This document shows positions 52,273-61,915 of a DNA stretch of 64,000 nucleotides, piece by piece. The notes below the pieces were generated by a model. The model saw only the letters and a program-made list of their open reading frames with translations, was not told the DNA's origin and made no database searches. Source of the DNA: a virus; IMG/VR virus record IMGVR_UViG_3300035682_000004; one strand, given 5' to 3'. How positions within the stretch are numbered: position 1 is the first letter of the stretch; every line of letters begins with the position of its first letter. The translations under genes and the position numbers were made by a program.

Positions 52273-54101
52273 TGAAACCATTATCATTAACAACACCTAT
52301 TTACAATAATGTAAATAATAATAAAACAGCTAAATTAACTTGGTTAGCTAAATATGATGATTATGCATCAATGGGAATTTTGTCTCAACGTTTATTAGAA
52401 CAATTAAATGATACTATAGATTTATCTTGTGAAGCTATAATTGGAAAAACAGAAACTAAAAACCCATTAATTCATACTTTATTAGATAAACCATTAAATA
52501 CTGATTTAGGTATTATGTTCTCTTATCCTGATATGGTACGATATTTAGATAATTTTAAAACTAAAGTAATTTACACTGGAGTTGATACAACAGGTGAAGC
52601 TGGTAATTTTGTAGCTAATGGGAACTCAGCAGATTTTTTATTAACACCTTCTAACATATCAAAAAATAGAATAAAAAATATGGGTATCACTAAACCTATA
52701 TTTGTATTACCACATGGAATTGATCCTAAAATATTTAAATATACACCTAGAATTAAAGGAGATAAATTTAAATTTTTATATGTTGGAGAATGTTCAGATA
52801 GAAAAGGTATATTTCATACTTTAAACGCTTTTATTAATTTATTTGGAAATAGTGATAGTGTAGAATTACATATTAAATCAAATGATGCTATGTTGTTTTA
52901 CAACAGTAAAGAAGTAAAAGACATTATAAAAGATTACACTAATATATTTTGGCATATAAGTGATGAAGGACATGATAGAGTAATTGAATTATATAAAGAA
53001 TGTCATGCTTATGTTTATCCATCTAGAGGTGATTCGTTTGGAATGACTCTATTAGAAGCAATAGCTTGTGGTTTACCAACAATAGCAACTTCAGAACCAG
53101 GTGCAACAGAATTAATTAAAGGTAGATACTATAATGTTTCTACTAAATCAGTACCTGTTAAAAATCATCCTTGGTTTATTGGTAATTGGGGTGAACCAAA
53201 TCTTAAAGATTTAATAAAACATATGAAATATGTTTATGACTATTATGATTTAATTATTGAAAGTAAAGAGTTAAAAGAAAACTCAGACTATGTCAGAGAA
53301 AATTATTCTTGGGAAAAAATAGCTAATATGTTTAAAAATGATATTTTACCTAAATTAATTAAACCAACTAAAGTACTTACATTATTAACATCATATGATA
53401 GACCTCATCATATTAAAAATGTTATTAATTCATTAAAAAATATTCAAGAACCAGGAATTATAAATGATATTTATATTGTTGAAAATTCACATCCTGAATA
53501 TAAAAATGAAGCACTAAAAACTATTAAAGAAAACATTAATGAACGATTTAAAGTTCATAACTCAGAATTTAATATGGGTCAAAGAGCAGCAATGCTTCAA
53601 ATGTTTGATGATATGAATATTGATGATTATGATTTTATTCAATTTACAGACCAAGATAATTTATTTGTTGAACCTATAAGTACGTATTGTAATATATTAA
53701 ATCAATTCCCAGACAAATATGTTACTACAGGTTATATGAGTAAAGAACATGGTGAATTAGGATGGATAAAAACTCAATTTGGAAACTTATGTGAAAAAAC
53801 AGCTTGCAGAGCCGGACATATGGTTATGCGAGTTAAAGATATTAAAAATATGATGCCTATTCATTTAGATAGAATGCATAATAATTCATATGTAAATTCA
53901 TCATGGAATGCTGGTTTAGATTGGGAATTAACTCATTGGAATCCAAAATCACCAGGAGCACAAGGTAAACAAAATTTTATATTATGTGTTCCTGGAGGAG
54001 TACTACATAAAGGTACAGATAGTACAATGTATGACTGGCCAGTAGAAGAAAATGAGTATAAATTAGAAGAGTTAATAGAATTAAGAAAAAATAAACTTTA
54101 A
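52272..54101 (+). CDS. Two-domain glycosyltransferase (GT-B/GT4-like + GT-A/GT2-like)
   Basis: PHGID; RKG; VYPSRGDSFGMTLLEAIACGLP; C-terminal LTSYDRP..FTDQD. Confidence 0.8.
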   Translation: MKPLSLTTPIYNNVNNNKTAKLTWLAKYDDYASMGILSQRLLEQLNDTIDLSCEAIIGKTETKNPLIHTLLDKPLNTDLGIMFSYPDMVRYLDNFKTKVIYTGVDTTGEAGNFVANGNSADFLLTPSNISKNRIKNMGITKPIFVLPHGIDPKIFKYTPRIKGDKFKFLYVGECSDRKGIFHTLNAFINLFGNSDSVELHIKSNDAMLFYNSKEVKDIIKDYTNIFWHISDEGHDRVIELYKECHAYVYPSRGDSFGMTLLEAIACGLPTIATSEPGATELIKGRYYNVSTKSVPVKNHPWFIGNWGEPNLKDLIKHMKYVYDYYDLIIESKELKENSDYVRENYSWEKIANMFKNDILPKLIKPTKVLTLLTSYDRPHHIKNVINSLKNIQEPGIINDIYIVENSHPEYKNEALKTIKENINERFKVHNSEFNMGQRAAMLQMFDDMNIDDYDFIQFTDQDNLFVEPISTYCNILNQFPDKYVTTGYMSKEHGELGWIKTQFGNLCEKTACRAGHMVMRVKDIKNMMPIHLDRMHNNSYVNSSWNAGLDWELTHWNPKSPGAQGKQNFILCVPGGVLHKGTDSTMYDWPVEENEYKLEELIELRKNKL

Positions 54102-54102
54102 T

Positions 54103-54134
54103 TTGGATCTTTAAAATATCTTTGTATATTTATA
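54103..54134 (+). promoter_or_regulatory. TTGG-N18-TATATTTA overlapping TATTTATA, possible dual promoter
   Basis: Both motifs present. Confidence 0.45.
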
Positions 54135-54170
54135 TATATAAACTTAACCCATAAACCCCATTAAAAAATT

Positions 54171-54428
54171 ATGTCAACACTTTTAATTTTTATTATAATT
54201 ACGGTATTAGTATTAACTGGTATCTTATTTGTAATCGTAGGAAAAGAAAATACACCTACAAACAAAAAACCTAATTCTTTATTCCCAGTTGAGGACTTTC
54301 CATCATTTGAAGATGCTCCTGTAGTTGAAGAAAAACCATTTACTGAACATACTCAATCAGCTAAAAAGAAAAAACATTACTATAGTAATAAAACAAAAAA
54401 ACCAAAACAAGTTAAAGCTAATCAATAA
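54171..54428 (+). CDS. Small membrane-anchored protein with a basic tail
   Basis: N-terminal TM helix. Confidence 0.55.
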   Translation: MSTLLIFIIITVLVLTGILFVIVGKENTPTNKKPNSLFPVEDFPSFEDAPVVEEKPFTEHTQSAKKKKHYYSNKTKKPKQVKANQ

Positions 54429-54862
54429 TGGCTCATATCCATTTATCATTACAAGAAATCTATAAACTTGATTCAGAGCTTAATGGTTTTGTAAATCAAG
54501 AAACAGGTGAAATTTTATCATTAGGATTATTAAGTGAAAATTTAAGTTTACCTACTAAATATTGGTTAACTAATTTAGCTAAAAGAACATCATCTGAAAA
54601 ATCTATTATTAATCAATTAAAAGAAGATTTAATTGTAAAATATGGTACTAAAGATAAAAATGATAATTTTGAAATTCCTGTATGGACTGATGAAACTAAA
54701 ACAAATTTTAATCCATTATATATACAATTTCAAGAAGAATTCAATGGTTTATTACAAGAAGTAAAAGAAATTGAATATCATGAATTTAAATTAGAAGAAT
54801 TTAATGATGTTAAAACATCAGATAATTATATTATATTTTATAAATTAATCCAAATAGATTAA
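54428..54862 (+). CDS. Hypothetical helical protein, possible fibre assembly factor
   Basis: TAATG-coupled; located among the fibre genes. Confidence 0.5.
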   Translation: MAHIHLSLQEIYKLDSELNGFVNQETGEILSLGLLSENLSLPTKYWLTNLAKRTSSEKSIINQLKEDLIVKYGTKDKNDNFEIPVWTDETKTNFNPLYIQFQEEFNGLLQEVKEIEYHEFKLEEFNDVKTSDNYIIFYKLIQID

Positions 54863-54884
54863 TATATTATTATGTGATATTTAT

Positions 54885-54910
54885 AAACCGCTAGCAGTAG
54901 CGGTTTTTCT
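54885..54910 (+). terminator. Intrinsic terminator
   Basis: AAACCGCTA-gcag-TAGCGGTTT followed by TTCT. Confidence 0.75.
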
Positions 54911-54922
54911 CTTATCTTTCCA

Positions 54923-54930
54923 TATTTATA
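54923..54930 (+). promoter_or_regulatory. Putative late promoter TATTTATA
   Basis: Intergenic recurrence. Confidence 0.6.
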
Positions 54931-54943
54931 ATAAAACTATTAA

Positions 54944-57900
54944 ATGGCATTAACTTTATCTAGCGCAAGTATATCTACTGGACAAACAGTACAAGCATCC
55001 CAAATAACTCAATCTATTGATGCTTTAACAGGTACAGTAGCTTATGATATAACAATAAGCGGTTCATTAACTGTTACAGGATCATTAGGTGTAAATGGTA
55101 CATTAAATGCGACAGCTTCTAACGCAGTTTCATCTTCTTATGCTTTAACAGCATCATTTGCTTTAAATGGCGGTGGAGGAAGTGGTACATCAGGTATTTC
55201 AGGTTTAAGTGGTCTTTCAGGTACAAGCGGTCTTTCAGGTTTAAGTGGCACTGGTACTTCAGGTTTATCTGGTACAAGCGGTCTTTCAGGTTTAAGTGGA
55301 GCTGGTACTTCAGGTTTATCAGGAACTTCAGGCTTAAGTGGCCTTTCAGGAGCTACAGGTACAGGTACAAGTGGTTTAAGTGGAACTTCAGGTTTATCAG
55401 GTACAAGTGGTACAAATGGTAACTCAGGTTTATCTGGTATATCAGGTTTAAGTGGTCAATCAGGTCAATCAGGTATAAGTGGTCAAAGTGGTATTGATGG
55501 AAATGGCCAATCAGGTATTTCAGGAACAAGTGGTTTATCTGGTTTATCTGGAGCTACAGGTTCTGGTACAAGTGGTTTATCAGGCACAAGTGGTCTTTCA
55601 GGATTAAATGGTCAAAGTGGTACAAACGGAGACTCAGGTCTCTCAGGTACAAGCGGTCTTTCAGGATTAAATGGTCAAAGTGGTACAAACGGAGACTCAG
55701 GTCTCTCAGGTACAAGCGGTCTTTCAGGATTAAGTGGCCAAAGTGGTACTAATGGAAGTGGTACATCAGGTATAAGTGGAACTTCAGGTTTATCAGGTCA
55801 AAGTGGTCAAAATGGTACTAATGGAGATTCAGGCTTATCTGGTATCTCAGGTTTATCAGGCTTAAGTGGTACATCAGGTATAAATGGTAACTCAGGTCTA
55901 TCAGGAACATCAGGTATTTCAGGAACATCAGGTATAAGTGGTATTAATGGTGATGGCCAATCAGGAGCATCAGGATTAAGTGGCACATCAGGCTTGTCAG
56001 GTACATCAGGACTTTCAGGCTTAAGTGGTACATCAGGTACTAATGGTAATTCAGGATTAAGTGGAACTTCAGGTTTAAGTGGTTTATCAGGTATATCAGG
56101 TTTAAACGGTACTAATGGAGACTCAGGTCTTTCAGGTACAAGTGGTCTTTCAGGCTTATCAGGAGCTACAGGTTCTGGTACAAGCGGTTTATCAGGTACA
56201 AGTGGCTTATCAGGTACAAGTGGTACTAATGGAAACTCAGGCTTAAGTGGTACATCAGGTTTATCCGGATTATCAGGTCAAAGTGGTACAAATGGTAATA
56301 ACGGAGACTCAGGTCTTTCAGGTACAAGTGGTCTTTCAGGATTAAGTGGAACTTCAGGTTTATCAGGTACATTAGGTATTTCAGGAATTTCAGGTACAAG
56401 TGGTACTAATGGAAACTCAGGTCTTTCAGGTACAATTGGTCAATCAGGATTAAGTGGTACATCTGGTATTTCAGGTACATCAGGTATAAGTGGTATTAAT
56501 GGTGATGGTCAATCAGGTATTTCAGGAACATCAGGTTTATCCGGTTTATCAGGTACATCAGGTTTATCAGGTCTAAGTGGTACTTTAGGTTTATCAGGTA
56601 TTTCAGGTACAAGTGGTCAAAATGGCACAAACGGAGATTCAGGTATTTCAGGTACAAGCGGTTTATCTGGTCTTTCAGGAACTTCAGGTTTATCAGGAAC
56701 ATCAGGTTTAAGCGGTACATTAGGTCTTTCAGGTATAAGTGGTCAAAATGGTACAAACGGAGACTCAGGTATATCAGGAACAAGTGGCTTATCAGGTACA
56801 TCAGGTTTATCAGGTTTAAGTGGTATATCAGGTACATCAGGTACAAATGGAGACTCAGGACTTTCAGGTACATCAGGTCTTTCTGGTTTAAGTGGTACTT
56901 TAGGTTTATCAGGTATTTCAGGAACATCAGGTATAAGTGGTATTAATGGTGATGGCCAATCAGGTCTTTCAGGAACTTCAGGTTTATCCGGTTTATCAGG
57001 TACATCAGGTATTTCAGGCTTAAGTGGTACAAGTGGTATTTCAGGTCAATCAGGTATTTCAGGTCAAAATGGTACTAATGGAGATTCAGGTATCTCAGGT
57101 ATAAATGGTCTCTCAGGTATTTCAGGTCAAAATGGTACTAATGGAGACTCAGGTATTTCAGGCTTAAGTGGTACAAGTGGTATTTTAGGACTTTCAGGTT
57201 TAAGTGGTACTTCAGGTTTGAGTGGTACTAATGGAGACTCAGGTTTATCAGGTCAATCAGGTTTATCAGGAACAAGTGGTCTTTCAGGTCAATCAGGTAT
57301 ATCAGGTGAATCAGGCTTATCAGGAACAAGTGGTCTTTCAGGCCAATCAGGTATATCAGGTATTTCAGGTGAATCAGGCTTATCAGGAACAAGTGGTCTT
57401 TCAGGCCAATCAGGTATATCAGGACAATCAGGTCTTTCAGGTGAGTCTGGTCTATCAGGTTTAAGCGGTACTTCAGGCTTATCAGGAACAAGTGGTCTTT
57501 CAGGCCAATCAGGCTTAAGTGGTACTTCAGGCTTATCAGGCCAATCAGGTATTTCAGGTGAGTCTGGTCTATCAGGCTTATCAGGAACAAGTGGTTTAAG
57601 TGGTACCTCAGGCTTAAGTGGCACTTCAGGCTTATCAGGTACATCAGGACTTTCAGGTTTAAGCGGCACTTCAGGCTTATCAGGAACAAGTGGTTTAAGT
57701 GGTACCTCAGGCTTATCAGGTCTCTCAGGTACATCAGGTTTATCAGGAATATCAGGTCTTTCAGGTACATCAGGTTTAAGTGGTACTTCAGGTATATCAG
57801 GAGCAACAGGTCCTGTAGCAGGTTCAGCTAATCAAGTAGTTTGGAAAAACGCTTCTAATATAGCTACTGGCTCAGTAGGATTAACATTTGATGGTACTGT

Positions 57901-58879
57901 TTTAAATGTTACCGGTCGAATAACAAGTAGTGGAGATATATTAGTTAATGGTATAACAGTAGGTAATGGAGCTAATTCTACAGATTCTAATACTGCTGTA
58001 GGTCAAGCTGCTTTAGGTGCTAATTCAACAGGAACAGCTAATACCGCTATAGGAGGAAATGCATTATATCTTTCAAGTGGAGGAAGTGCTAATACAGCAG
58101 TAGGATTTGCTGCAGGGCAAGATATAGAAGGTGAGGGTAATACAGCTCTAGGTAGAGCAACTTTATCCGCAACTAATTTAGCAGGAAGTTACAATATAGG
58201 AATAGGATATTATGCCGGATTAGCAGTCACCGCAGGAAGTGGTAACATATTAATAGGCTCAGGTTCAGGTAAACTTATAACTAATGGTAGTGATAATGTT
58301 ATTATAGGTGGACATCCAGGTTCTGCTTCTTTAACTAAAGTTGTAGCTTTAACTGATGCTTCAGGTAGTGTTATTTTATGGGGTACAGGAAGTAAAGTAA
58401 CTATAGGAGCAGCAGCTACACCAAATGCTACCTTAGATGTTAGAGGTGATACTATAATCACAGGTTCATTAACTGTAACAGGACCTATAAGAAATATTGT
58501 GAATGATGGATTTGTAAGTTGTAGTCTATCAGTAACAGGAACAGCACAAGGACGAACCATATTAGCCGAATTTGAGGAAGTAGATGGTACACCTTTAAGT
58601 AATCCTCGCCAGCTAATACATTGGTGGACATCAACTACTCAATATGGAGCTGCTTCTATACCAGCAATATCATCACCTACATATTCAATAATCTCAGGAA
58701 GTCAAGTTGTAGCTAATACAACAGGCTCAATAAATCACGCTGTAACAAATACATCAGGTGCATTTGCTGTACGAATATCAACCCCAGCTGATTTAGGAAC
58801 AACAACAGTATGGTTTAATACAGAAGTACAAGGTATAATATACTCAATAAGTACTACGTTAGCTACATCAGTATCGTAA
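54944..58879 (+). CDS. (Gly-X-Ser)n repeat fibre protein with adhesin-like C-terminal repeats
   Basis: About 900 aa of G-X-S repeat; [13 protein letters not shown]; NTAVG/NTAIG repeats. Confidence 0.75.
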   Translation: MALTLSSASISTGQTVQASQITQSIDALTGTVAYDITISGSLTVTGSLGVNGTLNATASNAVSSSYALTASFALNGGGGSGTSGISGLSGLSGTSGLSGLSGTGTSGLSGTSGLSGLSGAGTSGLSGTSGLSGLSGATGTGTSGLSGTSGLSGTSGTNGNSGLSGISGLSGQSGQSGISGQSGIDGNGQSGISGTSGLSGLSGATGSGTSGLSGTSGLSGLNGQSGTNGDSGLSGTSGLSGLNGQSGTNGDSGLSGTSGLSGLSGQSGTNGSGTSGISGTSGLSGQSGQNGTNGDSGLSGISGLSGLSGTSGINGNSGLSGTSGISGTSGISGINGDGQSGASGLSGTSGLSGTSGLSGLSGTSGTNGNSGLSGTSGLSGLSGISGLNGTNGDSGLSGTSGLSGLSGATGSGTSGLSGTSGLSGTSGTNGNSGLSGTSGLSGLSGQSGTNGNNGDSGLSGTSGLSGLSGTSGLSGTLGISGISGTSGTNGNSGLSGTIGQSGLSGTSGISGTSGISGINGDGQSGISGTSGLSGLSGTSGLSGLSGTLGLSGISGTSGQNGTNGDSGISGTSGLSGLSGTSGLSGTSGLSGTLGLSGISGQNGTNGDSGISGTSGLSGTSGLSGLSGISGTSGTNGDSGLSGTSGLSGLSGTLGLSGISGTSGISGINGDGQSGLSGTSGLSGLSGTSGISGLSGTSGISGQSGISGQNGTNGDSGISGINGLSGISGQNGTNGDSGISGLSGTSGILGLSGLSGTSGLSGTNGDSGLSGQSGLSGTSGLSGQSGISGESGLSGTSGLSGQSGISGISGESGLSGTSGLSGQSGISGQSGLSGESGLSGLSGTSGLSGTSGLSGQSGLSGTSGLSGQSGISGESGLSGLSGTSGLSGTSGLSGTSGLSGTSGLSGLSGTSGLSGTSGLSGTSGLSGLSGTSGLSGISGLSGTSGLSGTSGISGATGPVAGSANQVVWKNASNIATGSVGLTFDGTVLNVTGRITSSGDILVNGITVGNGANSTDSNTAVGQAALGANSTGTANTAIGGNALYLSSGGSANTAVGFAAGQDIEGEGNTALGRATLSATNLAGSYNIGIGYYAGLAVTAGSGNILIGSGSGKLITNGSDNVIIGGHPGSASLTKVVALTDASGSVILWGTGSKVTIGAAATPNATLDVRGDTIITGSLTVTGPIRNIVNDGFVSCSLSVTGTAQGRTILAEFEEVDGTPLSNPRQLIHWWTSTTQYGAASIPAISSPTYSIISGSQVVANTTGSINHAVTNTSGAFAVRISTPADLGTTTVWFNTEVQGIIYSISTTLATSVS

Positions 58880-58899
58880 TTAACAATAATATAAAAGTC

Positions 58900-59151
58900 A
58901 TGAAAGTAGAAAAATTAACAGAACAAGAAATTTCATCAGTAAAAGAAATTCAAAAATTAAGAGCTGAATTAATTGATAAATATGGATTAATTGAAATGTC
59001 AATCCAAGATTTAAAATTACAAAAGCAAGAAGTAACTGAAGAACTTAAAGAAATTAAAATAACAGAATTAAAATTAAGTCAAGAACTTCAATCAAAATAC
59101 GGTGTAGGAACCATTAATATAGATAGTGGAGAATTCATCGGAAACGAATGA
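58900..59151 (+). CDS. Small coiled-coil protein
   Basis: Heptad pattern; ends KYGVGTINIDSGEF. Confidence 0.6.
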   Translation: MKVEKLTEQEISSVKEIQKLRAELIDKYGLIEMSIQDLKLQKQEVTEELKEIKITELKLSQELQSKYGVGTINIDSGEFIGNE

Positions 59152-59169
59152 TTTTAAGATTCCTTAATA

Positions 59170-59177
59170 TATTTATA
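59170..59177 (+). promoter_or_regulatory. Putative late promoter TATTTATA
   Basis: Upstream of the sheath gene. Confidence 0.6.
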
Positions 59178-59205
59178 ATAAACATTAAACTTATTAACAA
59201 ATAAC

Positions 59206-61269
59206 ATGGCAGAAACATTAATTTCCCCTGGTGTATTAGCAAGAGAAAACGATTCATCGTTTATCAGACAACAACCAGTTAACGTAGGTGCAGCAATTAT
59301 CGGTCCTACAGTTTTAGGTCCCGTTGAAATTCCAACTGTTGTTACCTCATACAGCGATTACGTAAATAAATTTGGCGCAGGATTCCAAAGTGGTAGTGAT
59401 AATGTATCATTCTTCACTTCAATTGCTGCTTATAATTATTTTAATAATGGTGGTACATCATTATTAGTAGCTAGAGTTGTAAGTGCAAGTAATACTTGGA
59501 CACCAGCAACTAGTACAAATATTGAAAATAATACATTTGCAACTACAGCTTCATTCACATTTGATAGTGCTAGTATTGCTAATTTTATTCAACCAACTGG
59601 TTCATTTAATGTAAATGGTGTTATTATAGCAGTAACTGGTAGCCCAGCACCTGCAAACACAACAAATACAATTTTTGTAGCTTCAGGTTCAACACCAGCA
59701 AATACTATCACAGCAATTGTAGCAGCATTTAATGTTAGTAAATCTATTGCTCCATATAGTGCTTCATTACAGTATATAACTTCAAGTGTATCAGCATCAA
59801 CAGGTATATTCTTTAATACAGTTAGTCCAGTTGGACCAGCTGGAGATTTATACTATGTAACTTCAGGAAGTACTACATCATACTTTACAGGTGGTTCAGG
59901 TGCTACAGCATTTGTTTTAACTACATTATCTGAAGGTATTATTATGAACAGTTCTTCATCAATAGATATAAGTGGTTCATTAGCTTCAGGTTCAGCAGAT
60001 AATATTAGATATCAAATTTTAAATTCTGATACAGCTTCTGGAACATTTAGTTTATTAATTCGTCAAGGTAATGATAATACAAATAATCCAATTGTATTAG
60101 AAACTTGGACTGGATTATCATTAGATCCATTTGCTGCTAATTTTATTTCAAGAGTACTTGGAGATCAAGATCAAAATTATAACCCAACAACAAATCAAAT
60201 TGAAGTATCTGGTTCTTACTTTAACGCTTCACGTTATGTAAGAGTTTCAGCAGTTAATACTCCAACTCCATATTATTTTGATAATACAGGGGTAGCTAAA
60301 TCACAATACACATCATCAATTCCATTTAACTCAAGTGGTTCATTTACAGGTGGTGTAGGACAAGTAGCAGCAGGAGCTAATTTTTACGAAACTATTAATG
60401 GTACAAATACACAAGGTTTAGTAGGTGCAGATTATAATAATATGATCAACTTATTAGCTAACCAAGATGAATACAAATTTAACATCTTATTTGCTCCAGG
60501 ATTATATAACTCAGGATATACATCACAATGTACATCAATGATTAATAATACTCAAACAAGAGGAGATAGTTTATTTGTATTAGACTTAGTACCTTATAAC
60601 ACTACTATTTCAACAGTAACATCTCAAGCTAATTCAAGAAATACTTCATACGCGGCTTCATACTGGCCTTGGGTTCAAATGATTGATCCTGCTACAGGAA
60701 AGAATGTTTGGGTTCCAGCATCAACAGTAATGGCAGGTGTGTTTGCATTTAATGATACAGTAGCTGAGCCTTGGTTTGCACCAGCAGGTATTAACAGAGG
60801 TGGATTACAAGTAATTAGAGCAGAACAAAAATTACCACAAACAAGTAGAGATACTTTATATACAAACAAAGTAAATCCTATTGCTACATTCCCTGGAACA
60901 GGTACAGTAGTATATGGTCAGAAAACATTACAAACTCAAGCATCAGCTTTAGATAGAGTAAATGTTAGAAGATTGTTAATTGCTCTTAAGAACTATATTT
61001 CACAAATTGCTAATACATTAGTATTTGAACAAAATTCAACAGCAACAAGAAACGTATTCTTATCACAAGTAAATCCATACTTAGAATCAGTTCAACAAAA
61101 ACAAGGTTTATACGCGTTTAGAGTAATTATGAATGAAACAAATAATACAGCAGACGTAATTGATAGAAATGAGTTAATCGGACAAATTTATATCCAACCT
61201 ACAAGAACAGCTGAATTTATTTACTTAGATTTCAACATCTTACCTACAGGAGCAACATTCCCAGCGTAA
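59206..61269 (+). CDS. Tail sheath protein
   Basis: ISPGVLAREND; YWPW; PWFAPAGINRG; VNPIATFPG; GQKTL; DRVNVRRLL; AEFIYLDF. Confidence 0.95.
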   Translation: MAETLISPGVLARENDSSFIRQQPVNVGAAIIGPTVLGPVEIPTVVTSYSDYVNKFGAGFQSGSDNVSFFTSIAAYNYFNNGGTSLLVARVVSASNTWTPATSTNIENNTFATTASFTFDSASIANFIQPTGSFNVNGVIIAVTGSPAPANTTNTIFVASGSTPANTITAIVAAFNVSKSIAPYSASLQYITSSVSASTGIFFNTVSPVGPAGDLYYVTSGSTTSYFTGGSGATAFVLTTLSEGIIMNSSSSIDISGSLASGSADNIRYQILNSDTASGTFSLLIRQGNDNTNNPIVLETWTGLSLDPFAANFISRVLGDQDQNYNPTTNQIEVSGSYFNASRYVRVSAVNTPTPYYFDNTGVAKSQYTSSIPFNSSGSFTGGVGQVAAGANFYETINGTNTQGLVGADYNNMINLLANQDEYKFNILFAPGLYNSGYTSQCTSMINNTQTRGDSLFVLDLVPYNTTISTVTSQANSRNTSYAASYWPWVQMIDPATGKNVWVPASTVMAGVFAFNDTVAEPWFAPAGINRGGLQVIRAEQKLPQTSRDTLYTNKVNPIATFPGTGTVVYGQKTLQTQASALDRVNVRRLLIALKNYISQIANTLVFEQNSTATRNVFLSQVNPYLESVQQKQGLYAFRVIMNETNNTADVIDRNELIGQIYIQPTRTAEFIYLDFNILPTGATFPA

Positions 61270-61285
61270 GGATTAAATTAAATAA

Positions 61286-61293
61286 TATTTATA
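61286..61293 (+). promoter_or_regulatory. Putative late promoter TATTTATA
   Basis: Upstream of the tube gene. Confidence 0.6.
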
Positions 61294-61320
61294 ATAAAGA
61301 ATAAATAACAAAAAATAAAC

Positions 61321-61809
61321 ATGGCAGTATTAGATCCAAACGAAATATTTTTCACAGCGTTCGAACCGAAACAACAGAACCGTTTCATTTTATACATGGA
61401 TGGTATTCCAGCGTATATTATCAAAGGAGTAAATGCGGTAACGTTAACACAAGATACAGTAGTATTAAACCACATTAACGTTCAACGCTTTGTAAAAGGT
61501 AAAAGTAAATGGGGTGAAATTCAAATGACATTATTTGACCCTATCACTCCTTCAGGAGCTCAGGCAGTAATGGAATGGGTGCGTTTACATCACGAATCAG
61601 TAACTGGTAGAGATGGTTATAGTGATTTCTATAAGAAAGACTTAACATTAGACGTATTAGGACCAGTAGGTGATATCGTTTCAGAATGGATTATTAAAGG
61701 TGCTATTATTACAAATGCAAACTTTGGAGATTACAGTTGGGATAACGAGTCAGCGGCTCAAAATATCCAATTAACTGTACAACCAGATTATTGTATCTTA
61801 AATTTCTAA
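61321..61809 (+). CDS. Tail tube protein (gp19-like)
   Basis: Follows the sheath gene; NRF..; YKKD..L..LGPVG..EW.IKGA. Confidence 0.85.
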   Translation: MAVLDPNEIFFTAFEPKQQNRFILYMDGIPAYIIKGVNAVTLTQDTVVLNHINVQRFVKGKSKWGEIQMTLFDPITPSGAQAVMEWVRLHHESVTGRDGYSDFYKKDLTLDVLGPVGDIVSEWIIKGAIITNANFGDYSWDNESAAQNIQLTVQPDYCILNF

Positions 61810-61835
61810 ACCTCCCCCTCCCGAAATACAGGATT

Positions 61836-61868
61836 AAGATGGCTCGCCTTTTGGTGAGCTTCTTTTTT
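61836..61868 (+). terminator. Intrinsic terminator
   Basis: GGCTCGCC-tttt-GGTGAGCT followed by TCTTTTTT. Confidence 0.75.
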
Positions 61869-61875
61869 CTTCATA

Positions 61876-61883
61876 TATTTATA
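61876..61883 (+). promoter_or_regulatory. Putative late promoter TATTTATA
   Basis: Intergenic recurrence. Confidence 0.6.
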
Positions 61884-61915
61884 TATATAAACATAGTTAT
61901 AAACAAATCAAATTT

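Noticed and set aside
36940-57800. Repetitive DNA resembling a CRISPR array or satellite
   Set aside because: No constant repeat with unique spacers; it is in-frame coding repeat with synonymous variation
36901-57806. Long minus-strand ORFs (Pro-rich PDKP/PLKP and Leu/His-rich) and alternate-frame ORFs within the fibre genes
   Set aside because: Shadow frames created by the 9-nt G-X-S periodicity; low complexity, with no promoter or start context
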